From positions 1-45,810 of IMG/VR virus record IMGVR_UViG_3300044723_001431: a stretch of 45,810 nt of DNA, one strand, 5' to 3'. Shown in pieces: positions 37,941 through 45,810 of this stretch. This stretch comes from a virus (lineage: Duplodnaviria > Caudoviricetes). A program made the position numbers and the translations under genes. Each line of letters opens with the position of its first letter. Position 1 is the stretch's first letter. The notes below the pieces were generated by a model, which was given only the letters and a program-made list of their open reading frames with translations, ran no database searches and was not told the origin of the DNA.

Positions 37941-40900
37941 AAAAATAATTCAGTCATATTATACAATTGACGCTGCTAACGATACAATAAAATTTCCTGA
38001 TTATGTAAAGAAAGAAGAAATATATTTAGTTGTTGATGTAGATACTGGAACAGAATTAGTAAACTTTGTTGACCCAGAACTTGCTGTAAATACATGGAGC
38101 TGGAGTGAAGCTGATGAAGAATTAACAATCACTACAGTTGCAGATTTAAGTGCATTAGGTGTAACAGACAGTTCTAACATACAAATTATTGTAGATAGAC
38201 CTCTTAACGAAATAGAGGTAGCGGACTCTCTCTTAGACCCAGTACATAAAATTCGTGTATCAACTCCAGAGAACTTAATTGACACCGACTTTGAGTATGG
38301 TCTTCAGCCTACTAAATGGGAAACATTAGAGCTATCAAACAATGTTCCTTCTTTTTATGTTGCAGATGGTGACTCTGCTTTACAAATAGTTACAGGAATT
38401 ACTACTAAAGCAGGTTCTGATATTGTTACAGTTACTTGTAGTGACGAGCATGGACTTGTTATTGGTACACCTATAGACGCACAAGGTTTAACATCTAGAA
38501 CTGCTGAAGGTAAGTTCCTAATTAAATCTGCTGATACAACAACATTTACTTATCAAGCAAATGCTGTACAACCAAATACAGGTTCGATAGGTTCTATTTA
38601 TTCAACAATAACTCCGGGAAGATTTTATGCTGGTTCACAAATAACTTACGACAAAGATACAGGTGTTGAAACAGATGGACAACCTCAATCAACACTTAGT
38701 ATTACCACACCAAATCCTCATGGTTTTGTTGATAATTCAAATTTTTATTTAGTAAATACTGTTGCAACTAAAACACTTAAAGTAACAGAAACAACTACAT
38801 CTAACGCACCAGATGGTCGACCTTATGTAGATTTTGATGATGAGATAACAGTAACACCTACTGTAGATTTAACTAAAACAGAAACTAAAGCATGGAGACC
38901 TCCACATTCAATTAAGTTTGACGCAACTGCTGTTAACTTAGCAGCAGATAGTATTAACTGGCCAAATCACAGAATGAGAAACAATGACACAGTTCTTTAT
39001 GTACCACCTTCTGGAGATACTCAAATAGGTGGTTTAGATAGATTTGATTTTTATTATGTAAAAGTACTTGATGACGACAATATTCAACTTACAACATCAA
39101 GAGATGGCTCCGCTATAAACTTTACCAACACAGGTTCATACAACTATGGTAGAGCAATGATAGGTATGGTTTACGAAATTTGGAGAGGTCGTGGTAACTA
39201 CAGAGATTCTTACGGTTATGCTTATCCAGTATCATATTATAACAATGGCGTAGGTTCTGGTTGGGATATGAATCAGTTTGATGAAGCAGCAGGTGGTTAC
39301 GGATTAAGCGGTGGTGCAGATGAAGCATGGAGAACTATTGATAAAGTTATGCTTTGCTCAAGAACTAATCAAAGAATTGAAGATTATTTAAAAGACGCAT
39401 ATACTTATGGACCTCAACAAGATTCCACAAATTATGTATTTCCAGAAACAGGAACTAAACCAAATAGGTGGAACTTTATAGAAGATGACGCTCATTGGAT
39501 AGACTCTACTTGGTTTTTTAATCGTGATTATGCAGGAAGACCTTTTAGAACAGCTAATGGTGGTTATTGGAGATTTAGAAAACAATATAACTACAATGGT
39601 GGTTATAGATACTTTGGTGCATACTCTGGAACTAGAGATGTATTCGTAGTACCACTTATTAGAGATGATGAAGCTGATACTTTTTATTCTCAAAACTTAG
39701 AATTAGCAGATAATGATGATATAGATTTAACTATTACTTCTGGTGATTTAGAAGTAATAACAGGAGCTTCCACAAATAGAAACTTAATTTTAGAAAGCAC
39801 TGTAAGTGCAGGAACCTACCAAATAGAAAAAGTTGGTAATGATAGATTTAGATTACAAAGTGGTGGAACAACTCAAAGAATTAGAGAAGCAACTGGTGTT
39901 TATGGTTGGGCTGGTACAACAGCTAATAATGTTAAGAACAGTTTCTATTTAGCAGAACACGCATTAAATCAAGATTCAAATATCACTATAGACGCAACAC
40001 AAGGAAGTTTACCTAGTGCAACAACTGGTGCTTTAAATCCTGTAAATCCAGATACAGTTACATACGAGTTTTCTCTTATTAAAGATGGTATAACTGATTT
40101 CTTTACAGCAAATACAGGTAGAGTAGATATAGTAACCTCAGCTACTCCGCAATCTGGATACATAACTAATGGTGTAAGAAGCGGTAGTACAAAGAGCTAT
40201 CAGTATGTTTCTACTAGTCAAATTACAACTAGATTCTGGTCTCCTGTTGACCAATCAACACAGCAAGTAACATATTTACCTACAGATATATCTGAAGATG
40301 AAGTTTATTATCCTTATGACGGAAACAGACACGAAGCATATTTACCTACTTTAGTTGGTAGTGATTTCCAAGCTAACTCCACAATTCCTTTCTGGGCAAG
40401 TCTTAGAAAGTTTAATGAAGTAAATGGTGCAACATACGCAAGATATGAACAATACTTATATCTATATCACAGAAGTGTAGGTGGTAGAACTTATACTGGT
40501 TCTGAATTAAATACTAGAAGTTATTCTGCTGCTAATAATAACTATTACTGGTCAGCTTCTTGGCAGAAAAACTATGGTAACTCTACAGGACAAGATGTAG
40601 ATACAATATTAATTTCATACAAAATTAGAAACAGAAGCTTATTTGACAGTAATGCTTGGATGGTGTCTTATAGATATCAAAATGGTGACCAGTTGTATGT
40701 TTATAACTACAACAACTCTTATGAAGAAGACTTACAAGGATTAATATGTTTACAGGTAGAAGAAACATTCTTCTGGGACAATACAATACTAGAAGACTTT
40801 ATGGAAACTATCATAGATTCTTATGATACAGGAATGATATATCCTACATTAACAAATCAAACTACATATAAAGTAAATGTACTAACAAATGACCGAATAC

Positions 40901-43518
40901 AATTAAAGAGTGATACTGGATTAATAATAGACTTGGCTTCTGCTGGTGGTAATGACTTAGCATTTACAACAGACGCAGAAATAGGTATTGTTGATGGTGC
41001 ATATTCAGCTTCAAATGTAACAAGTACAGGTTGGGACTTTACTACTAATTTCCAAGTTGACCCAGTTATCTATAACTTTAATGGTGCAAACATTGGTTCT
41101 GACCAAGAGTTTGCAATAACTAATGGTCATAAATTACAAAATGGCGCTGCATTAGTATATGATAATAATTCAAATACTACTATAGGGGGCTTAATAGACG
41201 GAAGTACTTATTATGCAATTGTCGTAGATGATGTGTATATTCAGCTAGCTTCAAGTTTTGATAATGCTTTGAATGGTGTTGCTATAACCCTTACAGGACA
41301 AACTGGTACTCATAAATTAGAATCTCAGTCTATATCTGGTGTATCAGAAGCTGTAGGAATTGTAGACACTACAGAAACAAGTGATATCTTAACTGGTGAT
41401 GGAACATTGTTTAAGAGATATTTTAAAGTAGGAGATAAGATATATATTAAAGATAACAACCTTACTCCGGGTTCATTAGCAGAATTTACAGTTGTTGCTA
41501 TTGCAGATGACGCTTCTTTGCAGGTAGATAGACCTGTAGGTTTTGCTGCCACAGATACCAAGCATTTTGTTGAGACTAATATTTATGCAAGACCAGATGG
41601 ATATTCATTACACAGACCATTCGACGGTGGTGTAGAGATAGCTGCTGGTACAGCACCTTACTCTTCTATTAGAAGACAGACAAGAAAATACTTTAGGTAT
41701 CAGTCTGGTAAAGGTATACAGACTTCTGTTGCAATTAACTTTAATCCACCAGTAACAGTTGAATCATTAACATCTAGCGGTACTACAGCTACTATTACTA
41801 CTGAATACCCTCATAGATTGTCAACTGGTATGGAAGTAACTGTTAAAAATGCTTCTGAAGGTTTATATAATGGTACATTCTCAATAACAAAAGTAGATGA
41901 ATTTACCTTTACATATACTTTAACTGGTACTCCAACAACATCTATACCAAATGGAATTATCAAATATAATGTAGTTTCATACTCTGACGCAGCAACAAGA
42001 GTTGGTATGTTTGATATGCAGAACGGATTCTTTTTTGAATATGATGGTGTTGCTTTATCTTGTGTAAGAAGAACATCAACAACACAGATTTCTGGAACCG
42101 CACAAGTTACTAAAAACTCTAACTTAATCCAAGGTACTGGAACCAACTTTATAGGACAGGTTAATGAAGGTGACTTTATAGTTCTTCGAGGTCAATCATA
42201 CAAAGTAGTTCAAATAGATGACGCTACAACAATGTATGTTCAACCAGAGTACAGAGGTATAAGTGCAAGTAATGTCGTTATTACAAAGACAGAAGACATT
42301 AAAGTAGAACAATCTGAATGGAATCTAGACAAGTGTGATGGTACTGGTGCAGAAGGTTTTGTTTTAGATATTAACAAAATTCAAATGGCTTACATGGACT
42401 ATTCATGGTATGGTGCTGGTAAGATTCGTTTTGGATTTAAAGACAGAAAAGGTCATGTACGATATGTACACGAGTTCTTGCACAACAACAGATTAGACGA
42501 AGCTTATATGCGTTCTGGTAACATGGCAGCTGCATACGAAGTTATAAATGGAGCAAATCCAACTTACGCACCTACTCTTTTCCATTGGGGTACTTCTGTA
42601 ATTATGGACGGTACTTTCGACGAGGACGAAGCATACTTATTCACTGCTACATCAAATAACTTATCTTTTACAAATGGTCAGTCAATATCTGCTACTACAA
42701 CAGGTACCTCTGCATTAATAAGATTTTATAACAGAAATCAGAGAAATTATGACTTTTATGTAAGAATACCTTTTGCTGAATCAGACGCTACAAAACTAAC
42801 ATCTGGTTCTCCTTTATACACAACTGGTGGTGAGCTTACTGGGCAAACAATATCATTCACACAGTATTCTGGTTCTACAATATATGCTTATATATACATT
42901 AGCTCTGGTTCTTACTACAATACACCAGCTGTATATCCAGTAGTAGCTAGTGGTATTCCTGTTACTATTGGTGAAGACCCGGGTGGAACTGATGAAACTG
43001 TAAATCTAGGTACAGACATTATTCCTTTAGTATCTTTAAGACTTGCACCATCCGTTGATAATGCAATCTCTGGTTTCTTAGGAGAAAGAGATATTATTAA
43101 CAGAATGCAATTGAAGTTAAACGAAGTCGGCTTAATACTTACACATGATTCAGAAATTAAATTAATTCTTAATGGTGACTTATCTAAAGTTGCTTGGGAA
43201 AATGTAAACTCTCCATCTTTATCACAGCTACAAAAACATAACGCAGCAGAAAAAATTACAGGTGGAACAGAAGTATTCTCCTTCAGAGCAGCAGGTGGTG
43301 GAACTGATAGCACTGGAGCTAGATTAAGTAATAGTACAAACTTCTCTCTTGAGCAGTTGATTGACATGGGTAACTCTATACTCGGTGGAGATGGTGTATT
43401 CCCTAATGGACCAGATATTTTAACAGTAGCCGTACAGGTTGTAGATACAGCAGACATTTCTGCTTCATCTCCGTTTAAGATTTCGGGTCGTATAACATGG
43501 TCAGAATCACAGGCATAA
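37933..43518 (+). CDS. Very large (1861 aa) virion structural protein of a family common in marine phages
   Basis: TTG start overlapping the previous gene. Motifs DPVHKIRVSTP..LIDTDFEYGLQPTKWE, RQTRKYFRYQSGKG and DYSWYGAGKIRFG. Confidence 0.75.
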   Translation: MARKIIQSYYTIDAANDTIKFPDYVKKEEIYLVVDVDTGTELVNFVDPELAVNTWSWSEADEELTITTVADLSALGVTDSSNIQIIVDRPLNEIEVADSLLDPVHKIRVSTPENLIDTDFEYGLQPTKWETLELSNNVPSFYVADGDSALQIVTGITTKAGSDIVTVTCSDEHGLVIGTPIDAQGLTSRTAEGKFLIKSADTTTFTYQANAVQPNTGSIGSIYSTITPGRFYAGSQITYDKDTGVETDGQPQSTLSITTPNPHGFVDNSNFYLVNTVATKTLKVTETTTSNAPDGRPYVDFDDEITVTPTVDLTKTETKAWRPPHSIKFDATAVNLAADSINWPNHRMRNNDTVLYVPPSGDTQIGGLDRFDFYYVKVLDDDNIQLTTSRDGSAINFTNTGSYNYGRAMIGMVYEIWRGRGNYRDSYGYAYPVSYYNNGVGSGWDMNQFDEAAGGYGLSGGADEAWRTIDKVMLCSRTNQRIEDYLKDAYTYGPQQDSTNYVFPETGTKPNRWNFIEDDAHWIDSTWFFNRDYAGRPFRTANGGYWRFRKQYNYNGGYRYFGAYSGTRDVFVVPLIRDDEADTFYSQNLELADNDDIDLTITSGDLEVITGASTNRNLILESTVSAGTYQIEKVGNDRFRLQSGGTTQRIREATGVYGWAGTTANNVKNSFYLAEHALNQDSNITIDATQGSLPSATTGALNPVNPDTVTYEFSLIKDGITDFFTANTGRVDIVTSATPQSGYITNGVRSGSTKSYQYVSTSQITTRFWSPVDQSTQQVTYLPTDISEDEVYYPYDGNRHEAYLPTLVGSDFQANSTIPFWASLRKFNEVNGATYARYEQYLYLYHRSVGGRTYTGSELNTRSYSAANNNYYWSASWQKNYGNSTGQDVDTILISYKIRNRSLFDSNAWMVSYRYQNGDQLYVYNYNNSYEEDLQGLICLQVEETFFWDNTILEDFMETIIDSYDTGMIYPTLTNQTTYKVNVLTNDRIQLKSDTGLIIDLASAGGNDLAFTTDAEIGIVDGAYSASNVTSTGWDFTTNFQVDPVIYNFNGANIGSDQEFAITNGHKLQNGAALVYDNNSNTTIGGLIDGSTYYAIVVDDVYIQLASSFDNALNGVAITLTGQTGTHKLESQSISGVSEAVGIVDTTETSDILTGDGTLFKRYFKVGDKIYIKDNNLTPGSLAEFTVVAIADDASLQVDRPVGFAATDTKHFVETNIYARPDGYSLHRPFDGGVEIAAGTAPYSSIRRQTRKYFRYQSGKGIQTSVAINFNPPVTVESLTSSGTTATITTEYPHRLSTGMEVTVKNASEGLYNGTFSITKVDEFTFTYTLTGTPTTSIPNGIIKYNVVSYSDAATRVGMFDMQNGFFFEYDGVALSCVRRTSTTQISGTAQVTKNSNLIQGTGTNFIGQVNEGDFIVLRGQSYKVVQIDDATTMYVQPEYRGISASNVVITKTEDIKVEQSEWNLDKCDGTGAEGFVLDINKIQMAYMDYSWYGAGKIRFGFKDRKGHVRYVHEFLHNNRLDEAYMRSGNMAAAYEVINGANPTYAPTLFHWGTSVIMDGTFDEDEAYLFTATSNNLSFTNGQSISATTTGTSALIRFYNRNQRNYDFYVRIPFAESDATKLTSGSPLYTTGGELTGQTISFTQYSGSTIYAYIYISSGSYYNTPAVYPVVASGIPVTIGEDPGGTDETVNLGTDIIPLVSLRLAPSVDNAISGFLGERDIINRMQLKLNEVGLILTHDSEIKLILNGDLSKVAWENVNSPSLSQLQKHNAAEKITGGTEVFSFRAAGGGTDSTGARLSNSTNFSLEQLIDMGNSILGGDGVFPNGPDILTVAVQVVDTADISASSPFKISGRITWSESQA

Positions 43519-43527
43519 GAGATTTAG

Positions 43528-43536
43528 TGATATAAT
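43528..43536 (+). promoter_or_regulatory. Extended -10 promoter TGa-TATAAT
   Basis: Perfect TGnTATAAT followed by GAGGAG and ATG 43550. Confidence 0.45.
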
Positions 43537-43549
43537 TGAGGAGATTATA

Positions 43550-43708
43550 ATGAGCGAAAAATCAAAAAAAATAGATAATATTCTTAGCAGATTAGATATG
43601 TTTGAAACAAATTTAGTCAAAATGCAAGCTGCTATTGAAGGCATGAAAGAAGAACTTGCACAAGCAGAAGAAGCTGATATTGCCGCTGAAACAGCAGAAG
43701 AGGAATAA
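43550..43708 (+). CDS. Unannotated 52-aa coiled-coil protein
   Basis: MSEKSKKIDNILSRLDMFETNLVKMQAAIEGMKEELAQAEEADIAAETAEEE. GAGGAG RBS. Fills the gap between two genes. Confidence 0.7.
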   Translation: MSEKSKKIDNILSRLDMFETNLVKMQAAIEGMKEELAQAEEADIAAETAEEE

Positions 43709-43711
43709 TAT

Positions 43712-44839
43712 ATGTCAGAAAGAGCAATACATAAAGTTGAAACCAACGGAGATACCACTGGTTTAAGAGAGTTTGCTAATGGGCAAGACTCTGGAATAAT
43801 AATACCTTCTGGTACTACACCTCAAAGGGAAAGTAACCCTGTTGAAGGAACTATGCGATACAACACAACACTTGATGGTGTTGAGTTTTATATAGGTGCT
43901 AGCTGGGTAGTATTAACAGAAAATGGTGTTGAAGATTTAATTGGAGACGCAGCTGCTGATGGTTCTACTAAAGGTGTTGCTTCTTATACAACAGGTGAAT
44001 TTACTGTAACGAGTGGTAATGTAGCTTTAGGTTCTGTTCCTGCTACTAAATTAGACGGAACGACTGCTGAATTTAATGGTGCGTTATCTGACGGTTCTTT
44101 TGCAACACTTGCAGGTTCTGAAACATTAGAGAACAAAACTTTTGATACAGGAACACAAACAGCAGTAACTATAGATTTATCTGATGTTGCTGGTGGTACT
44201 TTAACTTTTACAGGAACTACATCAGAGTTTAATAATGCTTTGTCAGATGGTTCTTTTGCAACCTTAGCTGGTACAGAATCCCTACAAAGTAAAACAATAG
44301 ACTTAGGTCTTAACACTCTAACTGGTTCTACAACAGAATTTAACTCTGCATTACAATCAGAAAGTTTTGCATTCTTACAAGCTTCTCAAACTATTGCTAA
44401 TAAACAAATAGATGATTCTTCATTAGGAACTGATTTAGACGCAGCACAAAATGCAATTGAGAATGCTAAATTAAAAGGATATAGTGAAACATCACAAACA
44501 CTTTCAACAAGTGCTGGTACTTTAACAATCAGCGTTGCAGGTGGTAATACAGGAACTATTACACTTACTGAAGATGTTTCTACACTAGCTTTCACAAATG
44601 TTCCTACAGGATTTGCTACATTTACTTTACAAGTAACACAAGACGCTGCAACTCCAAGATTGTTTGATGATGGAACTACAACTACAACTTATACTGTAAA
44701 TGGTACAGGTCAGACTCCAGAAACTGCTGGTGGTTCTGGTTATAGCGTTTCATCAACAGTTGGAGCAGTTGATTTAGTTACATTTATATTCTTAGACCAA
44801 GGTGCTCCTAAGATTCAATCACTACAGGATTTCCAATAA
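43712..44839 (+). CDS. Fibre/structural protein with three internal repeats
   Basis: IPSGTT.QR...GTMRYNT motif. G.T.EFN.AL...SFA repeated three times (about 44057, 44213, 44324). Confidence 0.7.
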   Translation: MSERAIHKVETNGDTTGLREFANGQDSGIIIPSGTTPQRESNPVEGTMRYNTTLDGVEFYIGASWVVLTENGVEDLIGDAAADGSTKGVASYTTGEFTVTSGNVALGSVPATKLDGTTAEFNGALSDGSFATLAGSETLENKTFDTGTQTAVTIDLSDVAGGTLTFTGTTSEFNNALSDGSFATLAGTESLQSKTIDLGLNTLTGSTTEFNSALQSESFAFLQASQTIANKQIDDSSLGTDLDAAQNAIENAKLKGYSETSQTLSTSAGTLTISVAGGNTGTITLTEDVSTLAFTNVPTGFATFTLQVTQDAATPRLFDDGTTTTTYTVNGTGQTPETAGGSGYSVSSTVGAVDLVTFIFLDQGAPKIQSLQDFQ

Positions 44840-44849
44840 GGAGGTAGCC

Positions 44850-45650
44850 ATGGCACCTCTAGGAGTAGCTAGACCTGTAATATATTCCGGGGCTGGTGCG
44901 GATGGTTCTACTGCCGCTAAAGCTGGAGATTCAGCAGAGCAAATACTTGCAGATTACCCAGGTTCACAAGACGGCGTTTACTTTATTAATTTACCAACAA
45001 TAGGACCAACACCTGTTTATTGCCTAATGGATTCAAACCATGATGGAGGTGGTTGGATGATGGCTTTGAAAGCTCAACAAGGTTATACATTTTCTTATAC
45101 TGATAGTTATTGGACACAAAACAATACTTTAAATTCTGGCGCTACAAATAGAAGCACCGGAGACGCTAAGTTTGATACATTTAATTATTTTTCAGCGCTT
45201 CATTTACTAGCAGTGTTTCCAGACATAGGAGCAGGTGGTTCTTATAGTTATGATGGTAAATGGACTTGGTTACAAAAACCAATATATGGTGGTTCATCTA
45301 CTACAAGAACAACATTATTGAACTTATTTCAAACAGCAAATGAATACTTTTTAGGAGATGCAAAATCTTATTCTGGCTATGGTAACGCATGGTCATCACA
45401 AAGAGATGTTAGATTTTATGGCTACAACTATACAGGTGGTCACGGTGCAGCAACTAGATGGGGATTTGGTTGGAATGAAAACGGTGGTGGATTATATCCT
45501 AATGGTAATATGTCATCAGACGATGTTTCTGGTGGTATAGGAATGAACGATTCATTTGGTAGAGGATATTCAGCTGGAGATTATATTCGTTGCTGTCAAG
45601 ATAGTACTGGTATAAATAGAGCTGCAAGGGTAGAAATATATGTCAGATAG
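44850..45650 (+). CDS. Fibrinogen C-terminal/intelectin-like domain protein (putative lectin RBP)
   Basis: AAGGAGG RBS before ATG 44850. DGVY.I...VYCLMD...GGGWM motif. Confidence 0.72.
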   Translation: MAPLGVARPVIYSGAGADGSTAAKAGDSAEQILADYPGSQDGVYFINLPTIGPTPVYCLMDSNHDGGGWMMALKAQQGYTFSYTDSYWTQNNTLNSGATNRSTGDAKFDTFNYFSALHLLAVFPDIGAGGSYSYDGKWTWLQKPIYGGSSTTRTTLLNLFQTANEYFLGDAKSYSGYGNAWSSQRDVRFYGYNYTGGHGAATRWGFGWNENGGGLYPNGNMSSDDVSGGIGMNDSFGRGYSAGDYIRCCQDSTGINRAARVEIYVR

Positions 45651-45810
45651 TTACAATATATTAAGAGTAGTAGAGGAAGATACCTTTTATAAAGTATGTT
45701 TTCAAGTTTGGGATGATGGAATGAATAATGGAGAGTTATGGTGGACAACTTCTAATGACTATGATAGTGATTTAGGTTCATTAGTAGAAGAGTGGGTAAA
45801 TAATGGAGGG
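45640..45810 (+). CDS. Small acidic protein, truncated by the window end
   Basis: MSDSYNILRVVEEDTFYKVCFQVWDDG...LVEEWVNNGG, open to the end and overlapping the previous stop. Confidence 0.55.
   Translation, partial: MSDSYNILRVVEEDTFYKVCFQVWDDGMNNGELWWTTSNDYDSDLGSLVEEWVNNGG

Noticed and set aside
471-44595. Numerous minus-strand ORFs in the track (e.g. 6636-7127, 7574-7936, 28204-28578, 42915-43457)
   Set aside because: They are antisense shadows of well-supported + strand genes, with Ser/Val/Pro-biased translations and no motifs or RBS.
6122-45540. Short alternative-frame + strand ORFs nested in genes (6122, 8607, 10494, 15610, 34885, 45358)
   Set aside because: Each lies entirely or almost entirely inside a conserved gene and has no recognisable features.
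34089-45810. Diversity-generating retroelement acting on fibre tips
   Set aside because: No reverse transcriptase and no near-identical repeat pair with adenine-specific mismatches were seen. The internal repeats are diverged protein-level duplications.
1-45810. Stop-codon reassignment, contractile tail, integrase or lysis genes
   Set aside because: TAA, TAG and TGA all end genes at coupled junctions under the standard code. No sheath, baseplate wedge, integrase, holin or endolysin motifs were recognised in this window.

Overview
This AT-rich window (roughly one-third GC by eye) is the packaging and morphogenesis arm of a long-tailed dsDNA phage. It is siphovirus-like: there is a tail tube, a frameshifted chaperone and a 1501-aa tape measure, and no sheath was seen. 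All credible protein genes are on the + strand. Gene order: DpnA/MboI-type beta-class DNA methyltransferase; a structured non-coding region with candidate small RNAs; HNH; large terminase; HK97-type portal carrying about 500 extra C-terminal residues; prohead protease; major capsid protein; head-tail adaptor; an inserted 4-gene non-structural cassette (double-HTH/Zn-finger protein, DUF6065-like, FmdB Zn ribbon, degenerate AIPR-like); head stopper; a greatly enlarged HK97-gp10-like neck protein; tail terminator; major tail protein; tail chaperone with a CCCAAAA -1 frameshift; tape measure; tail tip genes; then about 20 kb of fibre/adhesin genes linked by recurring end motifs. The most notable observations are: (1) the portal looks like a protease-processed polyprotein carrying five cargo domains; (2) a GATC-family methyltransferase sits in a genome in which I could not find GATC; (3) candidate sRNAs lie upstream of the packaging operon; (4) the inserted cassette contains a TerS-like chimera and a pseudo-AIPR. 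A low-GC marine Actinomycetota host is inferred, not shown. All family assignments come from motif recognition by eye; no searches were run.
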